Below, piece after piece: positions 38,240 to 47,614 of a stretch of 64,000 nucleotides of DNA. Within the stretch, counting starts at the first letter, position 1; each line of letters begins with the position of its first letter. Source of the stretch: a virus; IMG/VR virus record IMGVR_UViG_3300037418_003885, positions 7,249 to 71,248 of that record; one strand, 5' to 3'. A model generated the notes under the pieces. The model worked only from the letters and a program-made list of their open reading frames with translations, was not told the origin of the DNA and made no database searches. A program made the translations under genes and the position numbers.

Positions 38240-38331
38240 AGGCGTTCTCCTAAAATTCTTTGCTGAAAAAACCAGCCGTGTTGTCGCTATTTATTCGCTC
38301 ATGACAGCGGCGCTGCGGCCATAAATAGGCG

Positions 38332-38817
38332 ATGCGATATGCAGAACTTATCACTGAGGCGATCGATACGGACACGCCCGGATTCAAAGCGTGGTTCGCC
38401 AATTCAAAGGTGATGAAACACGGCAAGCCGATGATGATGTTTCACGGCACAGGCGCGAGTTTCGAGGAGTTTCATCGCGGTTCGCATTTCGGCACAGCAC
38501 GGGCCGCCAATCATCGCCTCGGCCAGCAAGGCTTGTTGCGGCATCAGGGGCGGATGCTTCCTGTGTACCTCAGCATCAAAAACCCCCTACGCCTGAAGGC
38601 GGACCTGCATTCGGCTGACGAGGCGGCGCTGCTCAATGCCATCAAGCGCGGCGAATATCCTGACATTAATTTGGACTTCGCCAACCAGCACGGCGCCTAT
38701 GCAGCAGCCGAAGCGGCCGGGTATGATGGTCTGGCCTACAAAAACGGTATGGAGGATCGCGGCAAGCTCTCTTGGGTCGTGTTCCGCCCGGAGCAGGTCC
38801 GATCAGCTATTAGTTAA
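38332..38817 (+). CDS. Leader-bearing (MRYAELITE) ADP-ribosyltransferase-like protein (polyvalent-protein ART type)
   Basis: 'FKAWF..SKV....P..MFHGT', 'PVYLSIKNP', 'GYDG', 'VVF.PEQVRSA'; TAAATA 4 nt upstream. Confidence 0.75.
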   Translation: MRYAELITEAIDTDTPGFKAWFANSKVMKHGKPMMMFHGTGASFEEFHRGSHFGTARAANHRLGQQGLLRHQGRMLPVYLSIKNPLRLKADLHSADEAALLNAIKRGEYPDINLDFANQHGAYAAAEAAGYDGLAYKNGMEDRGKLSWVVFRPEQVRSAIS

Positions 38818-38824
38818 GCTATTG

Positions 38825-39466
38825 TCATTGCTCGACCATCAAATCGCCGCTGCATATCACAGGACCGCCGATGGTGATTGTCGTCGTGTTCATTTTCATC
38901 GCGGCGTCCGAGGCATTATCGCCGCAATCAAAGTCAATGACACCGATACCGTCGGACGTGACGACCCTGGCGTAACCGGCGACACCGGTAGCGGTCGCGC
39001 TTGCGACGGTGATCGGATTGAACGTCAATTGGCCGGTGAGCAGCAGACTGAGCGCGGCTCCGGTGAGCCCACCGCCGGTTACTGGCTCATTGTTCAAATC
39101 ATCCGGTGCAACGCTATAGGCTCCAGGCGAGATCACGCTATTGATATTGATAATAGCGCCGTCTGAGACGGTGACAGAGGCTTGGAACTTGGTACCGGTG
39201 CCGGTCGTGCCGGTGACCAGTTGCGCGCCGTCGGTGCCGCCTGTGCCGCCGCTGGTGATGCCGATCACAGCCTTTACAGCCAACGACGCGACTGCTGGTG
39301 GCGATGACAGCGGCAAGGTCACCAACAGGCTACCGGTGGCTGGGTAATCAGGGCTGAGCGGTGGCTCCCCGGTATAGAGAAGCATATTCCCGCCCGCACC
39401 AATAGAGGCGGCGATTTGCGCCGCTCGGGCCATTTTGGTCGCGGCGGCAAGATTGATGTAGGACAC
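38825..39466 (-). CDS. Virion structural protein, paralog of 37616-38239
   Basis: 'LLYTGEPP...LLVTLPL...GYAR' pattern; TAAATA at 39490-39495. Confidence 0.6.
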   Translation of the reverse strand: MSYINLAAATKMARAAQIAASIGAGGNMLLYTGEPPLSPDYPATGSLLVTLPLSSPPAVASLAVKAVIGITSGGTGGTDGAQLVTGTTGTGTKFQASVTVSDGAIININSVISPGAYSVAPDDLNNEPVTGGGLTGAALSLLLTGQLTFNPITVASATATGVAGYARVVTSDGIGVIDFDCGDNASDAAMKMNTTTITIGGPVICSGDLMVEQ

Positions 39467-39529
39467 AGGCGATTCCCGAAACGTCGGGATATTTATCGCG
39501 TTTTCAGGAACAGATGTTTCACAGCCAGC

Positions 39530-39537
39530 TATAAATA
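39530..39537 (+). promoter_or_regulatory. T4-like late promoter TATAAATA
   Basis: Exact match upstream of the tail gene; TAAATA recurs before many late-type genes. Confidence 0.7.
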
Positions 39538-39562
39538 AACTGAGGTTTCGAGGGGTTTCGCG

Positions 39563-40846
39563 TTGACGGCAGATTCTACTGATATGGCCAAGGATAGCGC
39601 GCTGGCCAAGCCTGCTGCCTTGAGCCCGTTAGCAGCGACCGTTCCACCTGCTTTTTCCCGTGGCCTACAAATATCAACGTCAACCTCAACCACGGCTTAT
39701 GACGGTTTGATTACGGCCACCAATGCCGGCACGCTATCGGGGCAAGGGACGATCAACTACTCCGGTGGTTTGCATCAGTTCAACACGCTTGACGGGACGA
39801 CGCAGTTCGCTATCGGCACGCAGACGCATTCTTATAATTACTGGCAAGCGGTCGGCGCCCAGCCGACAGTGCCGCCCACTTTCCTCGTCTCTGGCATCGA
39901 TACGAATATCTCCGGCAGCTTTGCCGCTAAGGGGACCGGCGGATTTAATTTCGGCAACGGCAGCGGAATGCTGCTTCAGCTTGTCGATATCGGCACGCAG
40001 ATAATCAACATCCCGACGATAAAGCCCGGCGCGTCGAACGGTAGCGTAATCTACGGTGTGAGCGGTGGTGACGGCCTCCCATGCAATGTCGCTTTGAATG
40101 CCAATCTAAACGGCACAGTCGCGCTGGGTAACAGCGACGGGCCGCTCGGCACGTTTAGTGACGGCAACAGCTTCGGCACGCCGGTCATCGCGTATTTCAC
40201 GGCCATTACAGCGAAGACGGATGGCACGCCGGTCACGATCACCGTCGGTAATCAAGTCAACGCCGGCATCAAGATGGCGTCACGTGGCACCGGCACGGTC
40301 TATCTCGGTACCGGCTCCGGTTCGCTGATGCAAATCATCGATCCCGGCAGCACGGTCATCAACGCGCTGCAACTCTCCGGCGGCCTGTCCAACAGCGCGC
40401 TGACTTTGCGGGCGGTCGCCGCGCCTGGGGACAGCCTGCCGTGCGGTGTCCGGCTCTGGGCGTTGCTCAACGGCTCGGCGACCCTCAGCAATGACAACGG
40501 CCCGCTCGCGACCTTCACCGATGCCAACAGCAGCAGCACTGCGGCGCTTGGCTATTTCGTGTTCACGACGCAGGCGACCGCTGGCACCGCGCCGACGATT
40601 TCCGTCACCGGCAGCACCAACAACTCGATAAAATTGCTGTCGAAAGGAACTGGCACAGCGCTGGTGAGTGCGGGCGGCACCGGATCGGTGCAGCTTGGCA
40701 TCTCCGGCGACAAAATCGCGTTCCTCGGCGCCACAGCAATCACGAAGCCGTCCGTATCAGGTTCCTGGGCAGGCAACGTCGCCGGGCAGGCCCTTGCTGC
40801 CGCGCTGGCGAACCTCGGCCTCATCACCAACAACACAACGGCATAG
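39563..40846 (+). CDS. Tail fibre-like protein with an internal ~120-aa duplication
   Basis: G/T/S/N-rich; 'GSG.L.Q..D.G...IN...GD.LPC.V.L.A.LNG...L.N..GPL.TF.D.NS' occurs twice. Confidence 0.6.
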   Translation: MTADSTDMAKDSALAKPAALSPLAATVPPAFSRGLQISTSTSTTAYDGLITATNAGTLSGQGTINYSGGLHQFNTLDGTTQFAIGTQTHSYNYWQAVGAQPTVPPTFLVSGIDTNISGSFAAKGTGGFNFGNGSGMLLQLVDIGTQIINIPTIKPGASNGSVIYGVSGGDGLPCNVALNANLNGTVALGNSDGPLGTFSDGNSFGTPVIAYFTAITAKTDGTPVTITVGNQVNAGIKMASRGTGTVYLGTGSGSLMQIIDPGSTVINALQLSGGLSNSALTLRAVAAPGDSLPCGVRLWALLNGSATLSNDNGPLATFTDANSSSTAALGYFVFTTQATAGTAPTISVTGSTNNSIKLLSKGTGTALVSAGGTGSVQLGISGDKIAFLGATAITKPSVSGSWAGNVAGQALAAALANLGLITNNTTA

Positions 40847-40848
40847 AC

Positions 40849-41955
40849 ATGGCAAGTGGTATCAATTTCGGCGCCATTCGTTTCGACGCTTGGTACTTGT
40901 GGGATAATTGGGGTCTTGTGATGGGCGAGGAGCAACAGTGCTTGGCGCCGAGTGCGTACCAGAGCCGCCTGCCATGGTTTTGCTCGATTGTATCACCGTA
41001 CGACGTACGGTGCCAGCCCACGCAATCGCATATGGATTTGGAGTGCACGATCGCGGCGGCGAACGGGATCAAGTACTGGGCGTTTGACAGCTACCAAGCA
41101 TCCAGCGGCAACGCGGGTCACAATGACAGCCTCAGCACCGCCTGGAACATGTATCAGGCCAGTCCAAACAACAACTTGGTGAAGTGGTGCTGGATAATGG
41201 GTGGCTCCATGCTCGGCGCACCGACATGGTCTGATAACTCCTGGCAACCATACATGACGACGCTGGCGCAGCAGATGGCACAGTCAAACTACATGACGGT
41301 GCTCTCAGGCAGGCCGCTCTTGTATGTGATATGGGACGATAGCTACGTGACCAGTTGGTTCCAGGGCAGCAACGCCAATTTCGCCACCACGCTCACTTAC
41401 CTGCGGACACAGTGCTCCAATCAGGGAATTGGCAACCCCTACATCGTCTTGATAAGCCTGGGCGTATCCACGACCACGATCTCATCCCGACGCGCAACCG
41501 TCGGCGCCGACGCCATCTCGCAGTACGCGCCGATCATGTTTTCCGAGTATACGGGTTCGTTACCGAATGCCTGGAGCTTGGCCGATACCCGCATACAGGC
41601 GCAGTGGGCGGCAATGGTTGCCACGGGTTCGCCGGTTATTCCCTGTGCGATGACCGGCTGGGACAAGCGTCCGCGCATAGACCACCCTGATGTGGTGGGC
41701 GGCACGGTCGCGCCGCCGTTTATCGGTCATAACCTGTATTACGTCACCCCGACTAATACCGAGGTGGCCAACCACATGCAGGCCCTAGTGAACTACGTCA
41801 ATGCCAATCCATCCGCCTGTCCGTCAGGTGCGGCGCTGATCTATTCCTGGAACGAATGCTCAGAGGGCGGTAACGGCTTGATCCCGACGCTCGGCAGGCC
41901 GCCGAGCAACAATACGACCAGTTTGCTCTCCGCAATCGCGCCGGTGATATCGTAG
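40849..41955 (+). CDS. Glycoside hydrolase family 99-like (WbsX-like) protein
   Basis: 'NY.TV..GRPLL', 'GWDKRPR', 'IYSWNE.SEGG..LIPT' motifs. Confidence 0.7.
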   Translation: MASGINFGAIRFDAWYLWDNWGLVMGEEQQCLAPSAYQSRLPWFCSIVSPYDVRCQPTQSHMDLECTIAAANGIKYWAFDSYQASSGNAGHNDSLSTAWNMYQASPNNNLVKWCWIMGGSMLGAPTWSDNSWQPYMTTLAQQMAQSNYMTVLSGRPLLYVIWDDSYVTSWFQGSNANFATTLTYLRTQCSNQGIGNPYIVLISLGVSTTTISSRRATVGADAISQYAPIMFSEYTGSLPNAWSLADTRIQAQWAAMVATGSPVIPCAMTGWDKRPRIDHPDVVGGTVAPPFIGHNLYYVTPTNTEVANHMQALVNYVNANPSACPSGAALIYSWNECSEGGNGLIPTLGRPPSNNTTSLLSAIAPVIS

Positions 41956-41982
41956 CGCTGGTCGGGCGCTGGCTACGAAGAA

Positions 41983-42071
41983 AGCTGGAGGCGGGATTTG
42001 AACCCGCGAGGGAGGTATTCTCCCGGCAGATTACAAATCTGCTCCAATAAACCGGACTATGGGACTCCAGC
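41983..42071 (-). tRNA. tRNA-Thr(UGU) with an atypical long variable arm
   Basis: Acceptor GCTGGAG/CTCCAGC, anticodon arm GCAGA-TTTGTAA-TCTGC, T arm GCGGG-TTCAAAT-CCCGC; no encoded CCA. Confidence 0.85.
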
Positions 42072-42175
42072 ATTAGACATCACCGCCCCGAACTACAAAA
42101 TATCTATCGATCCATTATTGAACTATTTGTGTTCATTTCTACGCCAATCTTCGCGCCACCGAAGCAGAGAAGAGA

Positions 42176-42475
42176 ATGAAGATATGTCCGGAGTGTGGCA
42201 GCCCTATGCACTATGGTAAATGTGTCTGTTCAGTCATCTGTAGTGCAAAACGACGCCGACGGGTCGATTGGGACACTATCGATTTGCCCGGAATGGCGAG
42301 CAAGATGTCTAAAATCGCTATCGGCAAAGCTCTTGGTGTATCAGATAATGCCGTTCGCAAACGTTTAAAGAGATTAGCAAAGGTGGCTCCTGGGGAGGGA
42401 CTTGAACCCCCAATTGGCGTTTCCACCGACGCGTTAACAGCGCGCTCCAATACGATTCTGGGCACCCAGGAATAA
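42176..42475 (+). CDS. Zn-ribbon/HTH protein, probably a homing-endonuclease remnant; 3' end runs antisense into tRNA-Asn
   Basis: CPECG..C...C and 'IGKALGVSDNAVRKRL'. Confidence 0.45.
   Translation: MKICPECGSPMHYGKCVCSVICSAKRRRRVDWDTIDLPGMASKMSKIAIGKALGVSDNAVRKRLKRLAKVAPGEGLEPPIGVSTDALTARSNTILGTQE
42384..42471 (-). tRNA. tRNA-Asn(GUU) with an atypical long variable arm
   Basis: Acceptor TCCTGGG/CCCAGGA-G-CCA, anticodon arm GCGCG-CTGTTAA-CGCGT, T loop TTCAAGT. Confidence 0.85.
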
Positions 42476-42557
42476 ACAATATATATCCAGCACCCACGCC
42501 AAATGCAAGCATATTATTGGACATCCCAGAACCATTGAATACCGAGAGGCTCGATTC

Positions 42558-42998
42558 TTAGTCATTCTTTCCAAAACGCCGCCGGTTCCGTGGATAGATT
42601 GGGCGTTCCCCAGCAAGGACCAGCACGTCGGCTGTGTCGGTTGTCCACTTCTCAACTGGAGAAACCGGTTCCCTTTGGGCTCGCCGGATCATTATCGCCA
42701 CATACGACTGTCCCTCACGAGCATACGCCGCAATTTCGGCGGTGCTATAGCCTAGCTGGCGAATCTTCAACAGATCACGCCGATATTCCCAGTGGGCTTG
42801 CCGTTCGGCCACGGATGATGGCACCAGATCGCGCCAGGGTGAGGAGTCGTAGCGGTGCTGGGGGTCTGGCAGCTTCCAGCCGTCCGGCAATGGCCGGAGT
42901 TCGATCCACGTGTCAGTATTTGGGTCGTCATTGCGGCGGACGAGCCGTCTGCCACCCGGCTTCCACGAGCCCCAGACGTAGGAAACGGCGTCCTCCAT
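42558..42998 (-). CDS. Hypothetical protein
   Basis: Start reassigned downstream of tRNA-Leu. Confidence 0.5.
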   Translation of the reverse strand: MEDAVSYVWGSWKPGGRRLVRRNDDPNTDTWIELRPLPDGWKLPDPQHRYDSSPWRDLVPSSVAERQAHWEYRRDLLKIRQLGYSTAEIAAYAREGQSYVAIMIRRAQREPVSPVEKWTTDTADVLVLAGERPIYPRNRRRFGKND

Positions 42999-43040
42999 CC
43001 GGCAATGGTGGCCAAGCTGCGGAAAGTTGTCAATCGGGTA

Positions 43041-43123
43041 TGCGGGTGGCCGGACTCGAACCGGCAAGGGGTCGCCCCCGTCAGATTTTGAGTCTGATGC
43101 GGTTACCATTTCGCCACACCCGC
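43041..43123 (-). tRNA. tRNA-Leu(CAA)
   Basis: GCGGGTG/CACCCGC-A, TCAGA-CTCAAAA-TCTGA, normal class II variable arm, GGTTCGAGT. Confidence 0.95.
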
Positions 43124-43221
43124 TCACGGGAAACGTTCTAGGTCACCAATCGCGCCCAGTCAACCCCATATCTAGTTACATAAATATGGCCGCTATTTGG
43201 TCCGGTGAGACACGATTTGTA

Positions 43222-43593
43222 ATGGACGACAGTATCAAAGAACTCTTGGAAATTTATCCGTTCCTATCGTTCGGCTGGATGCAAGACAAAAACTATTTGG
43301 GCGTGGTGCAGAACTGCGACGCCCAATTGATCTCGATGTATATCCTTACGGATATCCCGACCGAGGAGTTGCGCAAGAATTTTCTCAATGCTGCCGCCGA
43401 CTGGTGGTGGGGCAGCAACCGACAGGTGCCAATCAATATATTCTTGAAAGAGCGGTTTCTGCCGTATCGGCAGTATCTTAAGCACTTCGCCCGCAAGGAG
43501 TTCAATCTGGAGGCCGGGCCGGTAGTGTCATTACAAGATGCCATCGCCCGCCGCGTGCGCAAGCGGCAGATCACATTGGTCCGCCGAACATGA
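43222..43593 (+). CDS. Conserved jumbo-phage hypothetical protein
   Basis: 'YPFLS..YLGVVQN..WWW.SNRQ.PINIFL..RKRQITLV'; TAAATA at 43181. Confidence 0.7.
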   Translation: MDDSIKELLEIYPFLSFGWMQDKNYLGVVQNCDAQLISMYILTDIPTEELRKNFLNAAADWWWGSNRQVPINIFLKERFLPYRQYLKHFARKEFNLEAGPVVSLQDAIARRVRKRQITLVRRT

Positions 43594-43622
43594 AAAAACC
43601 GTCTGGCACCAGACGGTTTTTC
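43594..43622. terminator. Bidirectional terminator
   Basis: AAAAAACCGTCTG-gcac-CAGACGGTTTTT between convergent genes. Confidence 0.8.
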
Positions 43623-43775
43623 CTTGCTTTACTCCAAGTAAAGGAGCACAGTCTTCTGGCAGCAGTTGATCTGCTGCACGTTTCCTCCCGAAACTAGGCG
43701 GTGGACTTTCGCCCACCGCCTTTTTTTCATATTGGTCGAACTCGGTCAATAGGCCATCATGTCACGAGTTCGTGT

Positions 43776-44150
43776 TCAGCGCCACCGCAGCGCGAACACC
43801 GCTGCGTCAGTCGCCGAGAAAAATGAGAAATCTAGCGCGAAATTGGCCACGTCCCTGGGTATGCCGCGCATACTCCACGTATCGAGGTTGTACTCGTCGA
43901 TCCACTCAATGATCGGGCTGAGCCCGACCGGCCACTGCAACTGATCCTTCTTGATGGTGATCGGATGGGCCTGTGCCGAGCGGTTGAACTTGCGAAACCG
44001 CCCGCCGCACAAATCGAACTCATTGCCCCGCAATGCCATCAGCCGCACGGAATAGATCAATTCGGTTCGGCGCGTGCTGTAGCAAGCGCAGTGCAACATG
44101 CCCTCTTCATCCACTTCGAGGGTGGATACGATCCTCTGAATGTCCGGCAT
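43776..44150 (-). CDS. Hypothetical phage protein
   Basis: C-terminal 'F.F....DA..FALRW' motif common in jumbo-phage small proteins. Confidence 0.6.
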   Translation of the reverse strand: MPDIQRIVSTLEVDEEGMLHCACYSTRRTELIYSVRLMALRGNEFDLCGGRFRKFNRSAQAHPITIKKDQLQWPVGLSPIIEWIDEYNLDTWSMRGIPRDVANFALDFSFFSATDAAVFALRWR

Positions 44151-44176
44151 TTCTAACTCTCACTGAAAAAAGTGAT

Positions 44177-44764
44177 CTAAACTTGGCCGCGTTGTTCTAA
44201 CAGCAGATTGAGTTGCACGACGATCGCTGAGGCATAAGCGATCGAATGCGATTTCTTATAGTAAAAAGCCGTGGTTGGGACCCAAATATCGCGGTCAATC
44301 TCGGCCCGCGACCGGTGCGTGAGATACCGCTTGCCGGGCCGGATTAACGCGATGCAAATTGCCAAATCGATAATACTGCGCGGCCTGATCGCCTGTACCA
44401 CGTCGAAATGGTCAGCCACGTGTGCGAGTTGGCCGACGATGTTCGGATCGTCGAAAACCTCCCAGGGCACTGGGCGGGTCAACAGATCGACCAGATGGGC
44501 CTCATCGCGCACGCCGTTGTACATCCCGACGGAAAGGAAATCGAGCTTGAAATAGCCGCGTCGCTCGGCCTCTTTATGATCCCAGACCGCGAGGCCATCC
44601 AACGGGTGGATGGGAATATTCTGGAAATACACAGCCGAGGCGTGCTTCTCGCGCTCGGCGTTACGCACGCCCTCGGTGCAATCCAATCCGCGTAGCGCAG
44701 CGGCCCGATCCGCCAAATCAATGTCAATGTCGGCCGAATGGCGCATCAGGGACTTGTACTCCAA
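44177..44764 (-). CDS. Miniature DNA polymerase III alpha (DnaE)-like protein
   Basis: DIDID, KHASAVY, GYFKLDFL, ALIRPG, KKSHSIAYA motifs. Confidence 0.75.
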   Translation of the reverse strand: MEYKSLMRHSADIDIDLADRAAALRGLDCTEGVRNAEREKHASAVYFQNIPIHPLDGLAVWDHKEAERRGYFKLDFLSVGMYNGVRDEAHLVDLLTRPVPWEVFDDPNIVGQLAHVADHFDVVQAIRPRSIIDLAICIALIRPGKRYLTHRSRAEIDRDIWVPTTAFYYKKSHSIAYASAIVVQLNLLLEQRGQV

Positions 44765-44959
44765 CCAAGAGCCGACCGGGCGATGATGGCGATCTCCTCC
44801 AACGCCTCGGCCATGCGCTCGCGGATTTCGATGCTGCTCAGCGCGTGGTGGCGATAGCCCGCCTCCAACGACCGATATAGCGGACGTTCGGCCAATTGCA
44901 GAACGTCCTCAAAGGACTCCAACAGCATATCAATTCTCTCATCGGATTCCATGACGTAG

Positions 44960-45424
44960 TTACTCCTCGAATTGGTTATCAATGACCACGCGCAGCGTCG
45001 AATGCGGCGGTGGTGCCATGAGCACGTCGAGCCGAGCGCTATACTCATACAGCACATCGTCGGCGCGCACCCGATTGAGCCGCAACACGTCGATGGTGCT
45101 GCCAGTGCGGCCTTCAAGCACCGAAATCAGCGAGCACAACAGAAACAACAGACGGGCAACGAGCGGATGCGTCCGCTCATTGATCGCTTGCGCCGTCTGC
45201 TCGCCGCACAGACTAACGACGTTGACGATCAAGGCATGAAAATGCTTGATCTCCAGCGCCGCCCAGTCGGTGCATCCGGCGAAGAACGGGTGCCCCGTGC
45301 ACATCGTTAGTACATCGTCGGGCTGCTGCCAACGCTGCCGTTGAGCGGCGAAGTCGTGTTGATCAAGCACGAAGATCAACCGCCGCTCGGCGACGTAGTC
45401 CGAGATGATAACTTGACAGATCAA
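44960..45424 (-). CDS. Hypothetical protein
   Basis: Part of an overlapping operon. Confidence 0.55.
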   Translation of the reverse strand: MICQVIISDYVAERRLIFVLDQHDFAAQRQRWQQPDDVLTMCTGHPFFAGCTDWAALEIKHFHALIVNVVSLCGEQTAQAINERTHPLVARLLFLLCSLISVLEGRTGSTIDVLRLNRVRADDVLYEYSARLDVLMAPPPHSTLRVVIDNQFEE

Positions 45425-45750
45425 ATGTGGTCTCGCTTCTTGCCAAGTTCGCGGCGCAGGTCGAGCAACTCGCGCTCGAACTTGGTCTGTGATGTGCGAG
45501 CACGCATCAGCGAAGTGACCAAGCGCTCGATTAGTACCTGGAACTGCTCGACGCTCTGCCGTTGACGGGCCAAGGTCTGCTCCAACTGTTCGACGTAGGC
45601 CAAGGTTGGAACCTCATATTCAATCGCGCCGACGCGGATTTTCCGCGATCGGCTGGCGAACGCCACGACCGGTTGCCGGGCGGCCATCGCCGGCTCATCG
45701 TCGAGATACATGGCAGCGAGACGCGCCGCTCGAAGTTCTGGATCGTCCAT
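45421..45750 (-). CDS. Coiled-coil hypothetical protein
   Basis: Part of the operon; heptad pattern. Confidence 0.55.
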   Translation of the reverse strand: MDDPELRAARLAAMYLDDEPAMAARQPVVAFASRSRKIRVGAIEYEVPTLAYVEQLEQTLARQRQSVEQFQVLIERLVTSLMRARTSQTKFERELLDLRRELGKKRDHI

Positions 45751-45753
45751 CTT

Positions 45754-46482
45754 TTAAATTCCACTCTCTTCTAGGATATCACGTATTGTATCGACGTCTT
45801 TCTGATGACGCTCGATCTTCAAGCGCCAAAACTCCGGATCGATCGTTTGTTCGACCAGGATGATCTGATCGCGCGTCAGCCGCGTCATCAGCCGGTGAGC
45901 ACTGCTGGCGATAAACAGCACCCACGGGCTAATGCGGCCGGTGGTGATCCACAGCACCGCTAGCGGCGTTTCCAGCAGGCTGAAGAAGGCTCGCCAGTCG
46001 TTATTGGTCTCGTGCGCCCATTGTTGCATCAGGCTGAAGCTGCGCTCCAGTGCATCCAAAGGGGTCTCGTTCCTGTTCAACTCACGAATGTAGGTCTGAT
46101 ACACCGCTTGCTTCGTCCAGGTATCGATCGGTGCCTCGATACGCAAGAGGAAATCGATGAAGCCAAGCGGATTGACCGCGTTGAGGTCCACAACATGACG
46201 GCCGAACGCGACGAACGCGGTGTATAATTTGCTGCGGGCGAAGGTCTCGTAGGTTGGTTGCTGCTTATGCGCCATGGCGCGGCGATAGAATTGCTGATAG
46301 GCGATGAAGGCCAGCCGCACCGGCTTTTCATCCCGTTGCAGGTGACGGCGTTTTTGCTCGCAGCAATGGGCGAAGAGTGAGCGCTCCCGAACAAATGATC
46401 TTTTACAGAATGTGCAGATGAACTCACTGCCGCTGCTGACCTTTTTCGCCGATTTGCTTCGGGAAGAGTTTGTCGTAGGCAT
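45754..46482 (-). CDS. Conserved jumbo-phage protein with an N-terminal zinc finger
   Basis: 'C.FC.RSF.RE.SL.AH.CEQKRR', 'GRISPW'. Confidence 0.7.
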   Translation of the reverse strand: MPTTNSSRSKSAKKVSSGSEFICTFCKRSFVRERSLFAHCCEQKRRHLQRDEKPVRLAFIAYQQFYRRAMAHKQQPTYETFARSKLYTAFVAFGRHVVDLNAVNPLGFIDFLLRIEAPIDTWTKQAVYQTYIRELNRNETPLDALERSFSLMQQWAHETNNDWRAFFSLLETPLAVLWITTGRISPWVLFIASSAHRLMTRLTRDQIILVEQTIDPEFWRLKIERHQKDVDTIRDILEESGI

Positions 46483-46945
46483 TCATCACCTCCTTCGCGT
46501 CCTTCTCCTGCACGCCGCAGCCCTTGACGAATTCGCCGAAGCTCGTGCGGTCAAACTGGTCAAGTAGCAGGCTGATTTCAGCGTCGCTGGCCTCTGGAAA
46601 GACGGAGGCGACCAACGTTGCAGCGGCATTGGCCTTGCTGAGCCGCGTTGGCGGCGCCAGCCATACGTGCTTCTGCTGACTTCCCACACCACAGGTCGCG
46701 AGCAAGCGAAAGATAAGATCGGGATGCTTGTGAAGATCGTACAGGTGCAAGTTCACATGCTCATTCACGACCCACAGCATATACGCGGCTTCATCGCCGT
46801 CTTTCGCTAGGGTGGCGGTCCAGCGCATGGCGACCGGTGGGGCGAACTCGCGGCGGACGTCGGCCGGTTGGCGTTGCAACCAGTCGCCGTCGCAGCGATC
46901 TACTGCTTGCAACAGATTAATGATGTCCAGTTTACGCTTAGACAA
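46424..46945 (-). CDS. Conserved phage protein, possibly clamp-loader small subunit-like
   Basis: 'LDI...L.AVD', 'VN..L..L.KHP.L', 'H.WL' pattern; function tentative. Confidence 0.45.
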   Translation of the reverse strand: MSKRKLDIINLLQAVDRCDGDWLQRQPADVRREFAPPVAMRWTATLAKDGDEAAYMLWVVNEHVNLHLYDLHKHPDLIFRLLATCGVGSQQKHVWLAPPTRLSKANAAATLVASVFPEASDAEISLLLDQFDRTSFGEFVKGCGVQEKDAKEVMNAYDKLFPKQIGEKGQQRQ

Positions 46946-47186
46946 AGCAACTCCTGTTTTTGCGAGTTAACCCACGTCTCGATGGAAAAGCTGCTAAATA
47001 ACGATGGGGACGCGCAATGGATGTCTCCAAAGGTTGCTAGGAGGCCCGCCGTCAGATCGGCGGGCCTCTGTCGTTGATCACCGAAACGGTTGATCGCCGA
47101 TCCTTTTCAATATCATCAAGTACAGCAGAACGATGACGCTGATGAACCCCGGCATCAGTACCAAAATGAACAGCCAAATCACCGGC

Positions 47187-47567
47187 TCAAACATCGGGCT
47201 GCGGCTTCCTGTTATTGGAGCGAATACGGCGAGGATTGCCGAACTTGGTCAGCCCGTAGGGGGCGTTTTTCAATGGCACTCGTGCGATGGTCGTGGTCGT
47301 CGCCGTTGTTGGCGACGGTTCGCTGCTGCAAGGCGGTCGATGTTCATCGCCAATCGTCGGGTCCGAAACCGACGGGGTCTCGACCGGGTCCGGATGAAAA
47401 TGTGGCGCGCCGAGGCCGCCCGGCGGGATTGATGCGCTGGACATCATACCGAGCATCAGGCGGAGAATTTCATATAGCGTCTTGTGCGCGTCCTTGACGT
47501 TGCCCTTGCCGGTAAGATACTGAAAATGCCGCAAGTGTGCTTCAATTTCGTCGTCAAAATCTATCAT
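47187..47567 (-). CDS. Hypothetical protein
   Basis: Co-oriented ORF within the operon. Confidence 0.5.
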   Translation of the reverse strand: MIDFDDEIEAHLRHFQYLTGKGNVKDAHKTLYEILRLMLGMMSSASIPPGGLGAPHFHPDPVETPSVSDPTIGDEHRPPCSSEPSPTTATTTTIARVPLKNAPYGLTKFGNPRRIRSNNRKPQPDV

Positions 47568-47614
47568 TGATAAGCCTTTATGTAGAGGTGCTGCGAGACG
47601 ATTTATAATTACGG

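Noticed and set aside
41983-42071. Reading this tRNA as Tyr(GUA), which would explain the long arm
   Set aside because: With the 5-bp stem GCAGA/TCTGC the 7-nt loop is TTTGTAA, centring TGT, and the acceptor stem fits Thr.
42998-43221. 5' extensions of ORFs 42558-43127 and 43027-43593 across tRNA-Leu
   Set aside because: They overlap a canonical tRNA, and better starts exist at 42998 and 43222.
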